From Nemertoderma westbladi (lineage: Eukaryota > Animalia > Xenacoelomorpha), in contig JAUCBJ010000292.1 in assembly GCA_032718475.1 (NCBI GenBank), forward strand, positions 1-53,123: a DNA stretch of 53,123 nucleotides. The letters are read 5' to 3'. The notes beneath the pieces were generated by a model. That model had not been told where the DNA came from. It searched no databases and saw nothing but the letters and a program-made list of their open reading frames with translations. The translations under genes and the position numbers were made by a program. This document shows, one piece after another, positions 23,625 through 35,402 of this stretch. Position 1 is the stretch's first letter. Each line of letters begins with the position of its first letter.

Positions 23625-24460
23625 AATAGATCGTGTGTTCCAGATACAGCCCCACAAGAAGGATGACATTTTAGGGATAGTTATAAAACCCGAAAATAAC
23701 GAAAAAGACGAAATTAATAGCGAAAATATCGAAATTATAAAACTTTAAGGGGAGGGGGGGGGGGGGGGGTACACCATTTTGGTCAAAAATATGTCGAAAT
23801 TTTATTTATGGTCTATTATAATGCACCATTGAATGGTGTTTCCAAATCTGAAAACCGCTATTTAATAGCTCTTTTAGTTTTCAAGTTATAACAATTTCCA
23901 TTTAGGGAATCCTATTGAAATTACTATTACTATGTACAATGAAAGGTCGATTATTTCCAAATATTTTTTTCATGAAATTGTCAACTTCAAAACCCTACTA
24001 CTTCTATAATTTTTGAGTAATTAGTCTCAAACTTTCTGTGGGTGTCTACATAGCCACCCTGCATAAAAGTATCAGACAACTTTTCGAAATTTTTTGTTAA
24101 TAAAATTTAATACTATTTATAAAAAACCTAAAAATTAGCATAAATTTGCAGGGCCACCTAGCGGTGCAGAATTATATTAACTAAATTTCGCCTGATAATG
24201 TTGCCCCATCTTTGATCTATCATATAAAAAACTTTCATGTGATTAGATTCAAAACTGTTAAAATCTTAGGGTTTTAAGCGCAACCAAGTTTTTTTTTATT
24301 GTTAACTAGTATTAACTAATATTAAATAGCGAAAAAAAAATTTTTTCTGACCTGTCATGTAGAATAGCATCTTAGGCACTTATATGCCAAATTTTAGCCA
24401 AAACCAAACAATTTTGAAACGCTGAGAGTGATAAATCGAAGAGTTGTCCGAAAATATTTC

Positions 24461-26122
24461 CTGCAGAGAGCGATACATCACTACAGTTCCTGGAATCGGC
24501 TCTGTAAGGCCGTTACATATTTAAAAAGATGTTTTCACCATCACTACTCCGGGATGAAGACCAAAAGTGATACCGCTCCAATAACATCGGTGCAGGTCCA
24601 TGTTATTAAAGATCTTCCCAAATATAAGATATCCGACAGGTTTCTGAAGGAGAAGATCAGTTATCAGGAGCATGAAGAAACCAACAAGCAGATGCTGAGA
24701 CTCCTGCAATGCTATGAGGATTCCGATAAGTATTTCCTGTTGTTGAGAAATCCGCAGATGCGCTTAAGGGATCGTTTCTCTAGCACAATGATAGATGGGT
24801 TGATACGTGTTGGAGGAAGATTAACGAATGCTCCATTATCCTTTGACACTAAGTTTCCCATACTCATTAGAAATCTTGAGATACAAGTCAAGATGATTGT
24901 AGATGTTCACAGCAAACTTTATCATGCTGGTAGAGAACAAGTTCTTAGCGAAATTCGAACTCGCTATTATTTTTATAAACCCCGTAGAGCTCTGAACCAA
25001 GTTCTTAGGAACTGCATACCCTGTAGGAAAGCATTCAGTAGGCCTTTAACACAGAGAGAGGCAGAATTACCTAGGGAACGAGTAAGCTTCTATGAACCAC
25101 CCTTTACTAATACCGGTGTAGATTTATTTGGCCCTATTGAAGTATATCGTGCTAGGACTATAGTCAAGAGATGGTGTGTCATCTTTGTTTGTATGACTTG
25201 TAGAGCTATCCATCTCGATATGGTGAACGATTTATCTACCAACAGCTTTCTATTAAGCTTACGATGACAGATCGCTCGCTTTGGCACTAGTAACACGATG
25301 AGATCTGATAAGGGAACAAACTTCATTGGTGCCAACAATGAAATCAAAGCTTACGTCAAAGATTGGAACCAAAGACAGGTGGACGATCAGCTACGAGTAA
25401 CAGCGTCTAGCTGGACCTTCAACGCCGCCGACGCCCCTTGGTGGGGAGGAAGTTGGAAGAGATTAATAAGAAGTGTGAAGACAGCATTTCACTTTATAGT
25501 GCCTTGCCGCGCGTATCTCACCGACGAACTTTTGCGGACGTTAATGGAGGAAATCGCCGCCTATCTCAACGAGAGACCGCTTATGCCAGTCTCATCGAGT
25601 CCCGATTCCCTGGAAGCGCTACCACCCGCGCACTTCCTACTGAAGAAACCTGTAGCCATGCTCCCACAATCGGAAATCACAGACGGAGACGAATACTGCC
25701 GGCAAACTTGGCAACTCATGCAGTTGTTATCCCGTCGTTTCGCTGACCATTTCGAAAAACATTATCTGCCCACGCTACAACTTCGAACTAAGTGGTTTGC
25801 GCAGCAAGAAAACGTCAGCGCTGGAGACATGGTTCTTATTGTGGATGTAGATCTTCCACGTAAGCGGTGGCAGACAGGTCGTATCATCGAGACTCACATC
25901 TCGGATGACGGTTTGGTGCGATGATCGGTAGAACTCGTCGTCATGCGACGCAACTTCAAGAAACCGGGAATTGTCTTCGAGACACAGCAGCTCAATCGCC
26001 CAGTTGGTCGCTTATGTTTACTGGAAAGAGACAGAGAACTCTCCGGAAACTATGGAAGACAAGATACTCTTCCCACGACCACCTCCCTAATCCAACAAAC
26101 ATCTAGGGACTCCCCAGCTTAA
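24461..26122 (+). pseudogene. BEL integrase region (H2C2, DDE core, C-terminal domain), disrupted
   Basis: HSKLYHAG...CIPC, GVDLFGP, SDKGTNF, GGSWKRLI (catalytic E replaced by K), and terminal RPVGRLCLL. In-frame TGA at 25265 and 25922. Confidence 0.93.
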
Positions 26123-26644
26123 TAGCATATGGAGTGGGTGTGTGACCATATTATTTTATTCTTATTATTTTATATTTATGTATGTATTATTATGTAATTT
26201 TATTATAATCGTTTTCTTTAATTTTATTTAGTAGAATGTTATTTTAGCGATTATTTAGTAGATTAGTGCAATATATATTCGCGTTTATTACTTAATTACT
26301 TATATATTATATATTTAGTGCGACGGCGAGAAATAATTCTTTTTCTCTTTCCTTACTGTCCGTATTACATTACAAATACGTAATTACAGTAAGATGACAT
26401 ATCCGTACTTATTAAAGTACAATAAAGCTCCTACTATATTTAAGTATTATTGGTAAGCAGAGTATTAGGAATGCAAAATTCAGATCCTCATGTCTCGGCT
26501 AAACCAAGCTCTGGGTAGACCTTGGAAACGACTTGCCTCTTCTCACTGACATTGCTTCGTGCGATATTGCTCTCATACCGTATATTAAATAATACATATA
26601 GTAGCGTGATGTCCTTTTAACAGTAGCGTATAACGCAAAATAAA

Positions 26645-26960
26645 TCTGTTAAACCCTTTGACCATCTGTAATTCTAGTCGATTAAGATATCGCGGCACCC
26701 ACCGATATACTTGAAAGACAAATTCTAGAATCAGTGGTTAACGTCCCCAGACAAGTTCTGGAATAAACTGGTGCCCATCCTAAATATTAATTATTAATAT
26801 TTATAAAATCTGTCGAAATTTTAGATCCTTTAAAATTCTAGTCGATTAAGATATCGTAGCACTTACCGATACTCTTAAAAAGACAAAATTCCTAGAATCA
26901 AGGATCCCAGTCCCCAGACTTGTTCTGGAATAAAATTGTGTCTATTTTAATATTAAATAA
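26645..26960 (+). repeat. Two ~165-bp tandem copies, each forming a long hairpin
   Basis: ATTCTAGTCGATTAAGATATCG...CGATA...CTAGAAT occurs twice. Confidence 0.75.
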
Positions 26961-27741
26961 TAAAATTACGGGAATAAATTTAAATTCTATCTTTTAATGA
27001 ATTTGATAAATTGTTATTTTATACAATTTATAATATTCCCAAAATTCCATTAATTAATAGATCATGGGAGCGGAGATTCACCTATTAAGTGTATTAGTGT
27101 GCGAGAATCTCCAATATAGAGTCAATAGCCGATAAAATTCATAAAATCATATATAAAGATGATATTGACCATTAAAGACTTACTATTAAATAGCATCCCA
27201 GATCTGTATGCATGGGAATTACCCTAATTCTACCGCTAGCTTTCCATAATGTCACCATAGCAACAACCACGCTAGAATTAGAAGCGAGTTAACAGAACAA
27301 TAAAAAGCTTGCTCATTGAATAGCATACGGAATAAATAGCACACCGCTAGTATCCAAGGATACATAATAACAACGTGACATTCTGGAAGGCACTTGACTA
27401 ACGGACAAATGACCCGAATGTGTGATAGAATGTGTACCATTTGTGACAGTTACGTGGAATTTGTGCGTTTGTAGGTGAATGTTACTACTAAGGTGTGTTT
27501 ACAGTAGCGAGTCGCAATTGTGAAAGTAGCCCTAACTCTCCAGTAAGAACCTGAAGTATATCTAAGCCTTTGGGACGGACGGTGGAGTGACTCGTGCTGG
27601 TTGTTGTAGTCGTTGTGCAGCTACGACGTTGGCGATAGGCACATCGGCGAAAGTACACCAGCGCTGAGGATCTCGCACTGTCCGGGGGCAGAGAGGGGTA
27701 GGCAGCGACGCCCGCTCGCCTAAATATAAACTCATTATAAT

Positions 27742-29290
27742 ATGGATAAACTTATATAGCAGATATGATTGAGTTGATAGAAGATGATCTTGGTATCAGG
27801 GAGCGATATACTCTACCTTTACAAGCGTTTGTTGATAGCTTGATACGCGGCGACGCTGGTCCAACTACTACGGAGGACGATGGTCGTTATATCTAACCGC
27901 CAATGTCCCGGGAGCAACTTGCGCGTGGGTTGGACTGTAGAAAATTCACCGCTCGCTATACGCATCGTAATGGTACGTATATGGACTTCTTAACTACTGG
28001 TCATCCTATCGACCTACACGATACGAACGATATAGACACCAAAAGGGAAATGGTTTTATTTAAATATCATACCCAGCGGAAGCGGAACGATAAACTGAGA
28101 CTCGAACACGAAAATTCTATTCGAAACCGACTCGAAAGTGCAGATGTTGAAGAGCCGGATAAACGCAGCGACTTCACCAAATACCTGGAATTCTTGAGAG
28201 AAACCTATCTCGATATTACCAGTCAACAGAATCTAGAAACTCGATATCCTCAAGGTATACATCATGACCGCATGGTAGAACTCAAACGGCTCTATTCCAC
28301 TATGATGTATCTTACCGCCGATCGACCGCTACCTGTTGTACCGGATAGCTTCGAACAGATGGAGGAATATTGTAAGCTGGAGAAAGATCACTCGCGTTTC
28401 CCCTACAAGACGTGCGTCTTTGGTATTATTGCGATGAATGCCCTAGACCCAACCAACAAACGGAAAGACCTAAACATCCGCGGAGACGTTGCACTAAACA
28501 CGGTTTTACTCGCTATACTGGCGGGAGTTTCGAGCGAAATTTGTTTGACGTATCACCTACGCTCGTTCGACTCAGACGATCCTTAAATAAACCAATGATC
28601 AGAGTTTCGGAATACTCGATCAGACCTCCTCATTCCCTAGTGAGACCTCAGACTCTTGATCCTATTAGTATGACGGATCCTCTCGAGCTGTACTCACTGT
28701 TCACAGATCTAGTGTTACCTGAACAATTAGTCGGTGGCACCCCGGTTGTGGGCTTCCTAGATATTAGCCCATCATACCTAGCCGGATTGGGACGCGGACA
28801 TTTAATATCGCCGTTTAACACTTACCATCGTCCCGGCTTAACACGATATAACCTGTCACCAAAGTGGCGGAGAGCGTTGTACCAAATGAGTTAGACGCTA
28901 TTCTACAAAGATCAGAAAAGGAACTTACGCTTGTTCAGATAAACGTAAATTGCACTAGCAAGTCCAAGCGGTAAACAAAGTAACTTTATCTCAGTTCGAT
29001 CGGGAAATCCAGAATCTCTAAGAAGTTATCGAACTTGGACGACCCTATTCTCTGCGAGAGTTTTTGGATGAACGTATCCAGCTACGAGCGGAGGAAAATC
29101 AGCTCGAGGAGAAGCATATCGAAACGGCGGATACCCCGACCATAATACTACACCTTCTGATGCAATCATATTGCACCCTTCACCCAGGATTTATAGCCCT
29201 TCTAGTAAAGTGGCTCCCCCCAAAGAGAAAAGGACTCTTGCTAGCCTCAAAAAACTGCGTAAACGCCGTCCGCGTAAGAAAGACTAACTG
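27742..29290 (+). pseudogene. Decayed extra ORF between pol and the 3' LTR
   Basis: Coding-like segments 27765-28586, 28412-28894 and ~28940-29290 are linked by frameshifts and stops that look like CAA/CAG>TAA/TAG changes. The distal part is coiled-coil-like with a basic tail. Confidence 0.6.
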
Positions 29291-29357
29291 TTTAGAGTAT
29301 TTTTATATTTTAGAAACTGTGATTTGTTATATTTTATAGACTTAAATCCCATTTTCT

Positions 29358-29365
29358 GGGAGCGG
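29358..29365 (+). other. Polypurine tract
   Basis: GGGAGCGG directly precedes the 3' LTR. Confidence 0.6.
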
Positions 29366-30575
29366 TATAAAGGCTTTTGCGGAATTAGCCGGTTATTTTC
29401 CCCGTAAAGTACTCTGTAGTTGGTTTAACAGGCATAAAAGGCCGTGTCCTTACTGTACTGGTGTTTTAGAGGACATAAAAGCCATTTCTTCTGTATGTGT
29501 ACTTTAGCGGACATAATTAGCAATTCTATGACGCAATACGCCGGATCCTCTTGAAACAGTGTAGCTACCATGACGACGGCTAACAGCTGAGCTGTACATG
29601 TGGAGCTTTTCCTTGTTCTCTGTTCCTTCTTTGTTCGGTCGACCAATCAGAGCGTTTTTTGCCTCTGCGTTGGAGATTGTATATAGAAACTCGTGGAGTT
29701 GAGTCAGTATGTGATTTTGTCCACAGCCTAGAACACCGGCTTTGGAACCTCCGTGTTTCAGTCTTTAGCCCAACATTAGTAGGCTTAATTATAGAACGTA
29801 TATCTGTTATCAAACTTAACTAATCATACCAAAACAAACCAATCCATAACTCACTCACTCATACCAATTCGCATCTCACTAAACATATCAATCAAACTTA
29901 ACTTAACATTTTACTGCTATTTACTGTCGGTTATTCATTATATTTGTTGATGGAATATTATATTTGGAATACTGATAAATAATCAGACACCCCAATCTTC
30001 TTGATATACTAAAGGTTAGAGAGACCGGTTACATATAACGATTGCGACTTACATTAAGTGGTTTGAAGTGAATCTAATGCTATTTCATAGGCCCTACATG
30101 AATTGTCTGTTGTTCTCTTTATATGTGACTAAAATTAGTGAAGGTCGGCAGATTAGTGTGCAGTATTGTGCAGTATTGTGTATGATTGTGACTGATAACA
30201 AAGCATCTCCTAAAGAATGCGCCATATACGTGAATCTATAGCCATCCCGTTGTGTCTAGTTTAAGTCATAACTCTGTTTACATATTTAGAGCGCCACGTC
30301 CTAAAGGAACTGTTAATATTTCCCGAAAGTGAATAATATTTGTCAGAGATTATATATATTACGATCATTCGAATAATACAGTAGGCCTACCCCGCAATAC
30401 GGTTAGGCTTCCGAATCCAGTCTCCCGGGTATATCCAGCGGGTGAATGATCGCGCATAGACTGGCTTCGGCTAATGTAGTGTATCAAATACTTGTCATAG
30501 GCTAAAGGCGATCTATTATCTAAAAGACATCCCAATTTGGCAGGTTAAACTGCTAAAGGTCTGAAAGCGCGAACA
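29366..30575 (+). repeat. 3' LTR (1210 bp)
   Basis: TATAAAGGCT (TG>TA)...GCGCGAACA, followed by the TSD GAGCC. Confidence 0.95.
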
Positions 30576-31704
30576 GAGCCGGAGCAGGAGCCGGAGTTTT
30601 TCAAAAATTTTAAAAATTTAATTATTTATTAAAAAAAATAAAGTATGGTTATCATTCGCCAATCGCTCATAATCAATCATACTGTAGGTCTAATTAATTT
30701 CATAATTTATAGATTTACGAATTTTCAATTTAAAATTTAAGTAATTAATTTATCACGGACAGACGGCCTGTCGCTGACGGCGACGGCCTGATGCTGACGG
30801 CGACGGCCTGACGCTGACGGCTAAAAATTACCTACAGTACCTAACTCGCTAACTGTCTAACTGTGGTAGAGGTGTGTACTGTAGGTAGCCTACCGTACGT
30901 GTACCAGTACTGCAGTACTGTACAGCAGTATGCTGGCATGACAGCAGTAAATCAGTAAATGGCTGCAGTGGTACAGTCTGACACACTGACAGTGTACAAT
31001 CATAGCATTTACAATTTTTTAAAGTAGGGCCTATCTGTAACAGTCTGCTAGTCAGCCAGCTGGGCAGTACCAGTACTGCAGTACAGTCAGTCAGTCATTG
31101 ACTTTAAGTAAATTACAGATTATACTTGATATTGAAGCTGTACTACAGTACAGCAGTACTTACTTATAGTGTTAAATAATTGTTCAGATTAGAATATGCA
31201 CGAAATATAATACTTTATTAAAAATTAACTCCGGCAATATTTTTACCGGATGCCGGAGCAGGAGCCGGAGGTGCCAAAATGGCCGGAGCCGGAGGCCGCA
31301 GCTCCGATCGAGCCCTACTAGTACATCGGCCAGGCTGTCCAGCTGTCAGGCAGTACCCGAATGACCGTATATATAATATACCGGTAGGCCTAGATTATAT
31401 TATATCAGTAGGCCTATACACTGATACAGGTATAGGTCTGTCAGTCTGTAGATCTATGCTATTACTACCGTACTAGATAGATATCCGTTAATTGATTATG
31501 TAAAGCAGTAAAGAGACCCCCCCCCCCCCCCCCTGAGCTATCTGCAAAGTTAAATACGGCAAACTCAAGGCTAAATAACAAACAATGTCAGAATGTTGCT
31601 CCGGTCCGGCCCCGGCTCCGGCACTTTTAGGTTGCTCCGGTCCGGTACCCGGCTCCGGCAAAAAAAATTGCTCCGGTCGAACCCTACTACAGTACTAGCT
31701 AGTA

Positions 31705-32607
31705 CAGTCAGGAACACTGGTCACAATATGTCCAATTTACAGCCAGAATGTGTCCGCGGAAAACGCTCTCAGAGTGAAATTTCTCCATAGAAAACAATGC
31801 TAAATTTCATTTGAAAACCGGCAGTGAAATTTTAACATTGGCATTCTAAAAATTATGCCATTAGAATCGCAATAAAATTCTGTATAAATTAATTTGAGAA
31901 TTAGAATCTCATCGTTGGGATAACTATCATAATATTAAAAATAAAAATGTGCCCAGCTTCTGCTTTGAGTACTAGTGGAGTTACAGCCAAAATATGTCCG
32001 GAAATATAATCGCAGCCTGTGAAGGACAAATAGTGGCTGCACGGACACTTTCTGGCCGGTCCTACGAATTACCCCAAAATACCCCAAAACACCCCAAAAT
32101 ACCCCAAAACACCCCAAAAGACCCCAAAATAGTATAAAACTACCCCAAAATACCCCAAAATAGTTTAGAATTACCCCAAAATACCCCAAAATAGTTTAGA
32201 ATTACCCCAAAATACTTTTTTTTCAGCCTTTGTTTTGGAAATTTAATTTACCCCCAAATATGGCAAAATGACGAATTACCCCAAAATAATGACGAATTAC
32301 CCCAAAATAATTAAAATTTTTTTCTTCACTCTCGTTTATTGTTTTGGTTAAAAAAACTTGCCACTGTAACCTGCTCCTTTCCCTCGCTGTTAAAAAACAT
32401 GGTTAGCTTATTTTGGGGTATTTTGGGGTAATTTTTTAGCCTTTTTGGGGTATTTTGGGGTAATATTTGACTATTTTGGGGTATTTTGGAGTATTTTGGG
32501 GTGTTTTGGGGTATTTTGGGGTAATTCGTAGGACCCCTTTCTGGCTGTAAATATGTGGACAATTTTTGGCTGAGCTTCAGCCAGAAAGTGACCAGTGTTC
32601 CTAACTG
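31705..32607. mobile_element. Tc1/mariner-type MITE
   Basis: TIR CAGTYAGGAACACTGGTCAC with TA on both flanks. Confidence 0.8.
32057..32536. mobile_element. MULE-type MITE with TACCCCAAAA-repeat arms
   Basis: GGTCCTACGAATTACCCC TIR and exact 9-bp TSD CTTTCTGGC. Confidence 0.9.
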
Positions 32608-32683
32608 TAGTAGCTAGGCCCTATACGGTACATATCTGCATATATATATTTATTTGAGATTCCGTATTAAAATAGGCCTATTA

Positions 32684-35364
32684 CAGTTGGGTATTCTCAG
32701 CGAGATTTGGTTTCTTTGTGAAACCAAATCTGGTTTCACTAATTCAAAGTATCACTAACAAATCCCTTTCAAAAATTAAATTTAAAAATTGTAATAATAA
32801 TCATAGGAATAGATTTACAAAAATAATACCACCAGAAGGCCCTTACAAAACTGTATTGTTTGTACGTTACGAAATTTTGTTTCCATGTGCTGTTTTTTAA
32901 TAAACACAACAAAAACAATTTGCGACCAGATTTGGTTTCACGACATTTTCTTTAGGTTGGAATAATGATGTAATGGCGGTCTGCCTTTGAGTTACCACTG
33001 CACCTTGGATGAGTGACAGACTAATTGCCTCTGGGCTTTCAGCTAACCAGCTAACTGGAGCCTCACAGAGAGCACAGGTGGCTAGGAAGGGAGAATAGTT
33101 AGCTGGTTAGTTAGGCAAGCTGGTGGATATGAGGTAGACACACACCAGGCCAAGCCAGCCTAGCTACAGCTCTGTCGGTATTACTTACTAACCGACCTTG
33201 TGTATGTTGATGGCTTGCCGCCCACCTTGGACACAATGCAATTTGGGTTGTGTTCCAATATGTAAATGTAAAGGCCTCACCTCTTGCTTACAACCCTGTG
33301 GGCTTAGGCTGTGGTTTTATTAAACCGTCATATTGGCCTACTGTATGTAGCTAGGGTGGATGAGCTACATGAGTTTCCCTAAAATTATACTTGGACATGG
33401 ACATGGACAAGTTGGCCTTTAGTCTGTCTATATATTTATTTTATTTAAGGAATGTGCAGATTTTGGAATACAATTGTATTCCTAAATAAGAAACCCAGGT
33501 CAAAAAGTTCTTATTTAGGGACGTTTAGTATTTATGTGTACAATTTCGATATCCTAAATAAGGTAAATTTAAAAAATCCCCCTTATTTAGGAACTAGTCA
33601 TATTTTTGATGCAATTTTAAAACCTTGTAGAAAAAAAACCGGACGGTGAAATGTTTTCTGGTTTTTTGCTTTATACTTCTACATTGTGAAATAAAATTAT
33701 GCGGTATTTTTTCCTGAAACAAGTTATTGCATAGGCCTATTATATCTAAAAAATATCCAAAAAAGGCCCAAAAACCCCTAAATAAGAGCCATTTTCCTTA
33801 AATAAGAACCCACTTTTGGAGCTTATTTAAGGGTATGTTCCCTACTGCCAGGTGTCTGCACCACTGTCTGCACCACTCTGTCTGCACCACTGTCCGCACC
33901 AGGTGTCTGCACCACTGTCTGCACCACTATATCAGTATATGCACCAGGTGTCTGCACCACTGTCTACACCACCGTCTGCACCACTGTCTGCACCAGTGTC
34001 AGCACCACTGTCCGCACCAGGTGTCTGCACCACTGCCTGCACCACTGTCCGCACCAGGTGTCTGCACCACTGCCTGCACCACTGTCTGCACCACTGTCTG
34101 CACCAGTATCTGCACCACTGTCTGCACCAGGTGTCTGTAGCACTGCCTGCACCACTGTCTGCACCACTGTCCGCACCAGGTGTCTGCACCACTGCCTGCA
34201 CCACTGTCCGCACCAGGTGTCTGCACCACTGCCTGCACCACTGTCTGCACCACTGTCTGCACCAATGTATGCACCAGGTGTCTGCACCACTGTCTACACC
34301 ACTGTCTGCACCACTGTCTGCACCACTGTCTGCACCACTCTTCCGCACCAGGTGTCTGCACCACTGCCTGCACCACTGTCCGCACCAGGTGTCTGCACCA
34401 CTATCTGCACCACTGTCTGCACCACTGTATGCACCAGGTGTCTGCACCACTGTCCGCACCAGGTGTCTGCACCAATGTCTGCACCACTGTCTGCTTAACG
34501 TTTACACCCTAATATTATGATTACGGATTTCCTATTTATTACTGTATATGTTTCCGGACATTATGTTTGCATTATTACTGTCGGACACTCGGACAGAATA
34601 TAGGCCTATGTTCCCACATTTTTGGTATTTTTTGGGAACATAATGTCCGGGAACATACAGTGCCGCGGAACATATGTCCTGTTGTCGTTTGTCCAGGCTG
34701 CCAGGTACCTGGGAACTTAACTAAAACCCAATACCAATATCTGGCAATATTGGGCTGCAGCCATATAAGCATAGAGATTAATAGCAACAGCCATATTCCA
34801 CATTAAACTGTTAAACCCACTCTCTTGTCTCTCCTTACTCTGACCACCATTAATTACTCCCACACCAACACACAGCAGCCAGGCAGCAACAGGTTTGGCT
34901 ACACAATAAAACTAACTATCCCTATACGAATATAATAGTAACTGATTAAGGCTGTAAGGACTGTGGAGTGGACTACTGGGGGTTGGAGGTTAATAACCTG
35001 CCTTGGCTATGGTATATTATTAGCCTTGGGCAATGCTGTGCTAGCCAGCTAGCTACCCAAGACTCTGGTGTATATAAAGCAAAGCCTTAGTTTAGGTACC
35101 TACTGTAAACAGAGGTACCTTCCTACAGGATAACATGGCCTCAGGGCTAAATACATGAAATAGAATAGCACCAACTTCCAGCCAGTGCTTGTTGTTAGGC
35201 AATTGACTCTCAGATACATGTCACTCATATCCCAGTAGCAAAGTCGGGCATCCTTTGATGTCCTGAGATCTCAAAGGAAACCAGATTTGGTTTCAATTTA
35301 GAGTAAGAGTGAAACCAGATTTGGTTTCATGAGGAAACCAAATCTCGCTGAGAATACCCAACTG
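32684..35364. mobile_element. Non-autonomous Tc1/mariner-type element with nested fragments
   Basis: Perfect 31-bp TIR CAGTTGGGTATTCTCAGCGAGATTTGGTTTC, TA flanks, and AAACCAGATTTGGTTTC repeats. Confidence 0.85.
33848..34509. mobile_element. Solo right arm of the foldback family
   Basis: (TGCACCACTGTC)n ending ...CTGCTTAACGTTTACACCC; no left arm nearby. Confidence 0.85.
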
Positions 35365-35402
35365 TATTATTAGTAATATTATATGTCGTAACCATTGATA
35401 TA

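Larger units (their letters stand above)
22004..24460. other. 2457-bp foreign genomic insertion within pol
   Basis: Abrupt change to AT-rich non-coding DNA. Removing it rejoins pol in frame as GLSL|LQRAIHHYSSW. No TIR or clean TSD at the ends. Confidence 0.85.
11691..30575 (+). mobile_element. BEL/Pao LTR retrotransposon, full length but defective
   Basis: Outer TG...CA ends, 5-bp TSD GAGCC (11686-11690, 30576-30580), paired LTRs, and gag-PR-RT-RH-IN order with Pao-type motifs. Confidence 0.97.
11619..31317. mobile_element. hAT-type MITE split by the BEL retrotransposon
   Basis: TIR TAGGGCTCGATCGGAG, exact 8-bp TSD CTAGTACA (11611-11618, 31318-31325). GCCGGA repeats continue across the LTR element. 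Confidence 0.9.
9310..31686. mobile_element. hAT-like MITE ends (TAGGGTTCGACCGGAG), interrupted by nested elements
   Basis: Perfect TIR with CCGGCTCCGG subterminal repeats at both ends. The flanking 8-mers do not match exactly (CTAGCTAG vs CTACAGTA). Confidence 0.6.

Noticed and set aside
23745-24460. Kolobok-like element starting TTAA|GGGG inside the insert
   Set aside because: Only one putative end is visible and it is cut at the insert junction, so the family cannot be supported.
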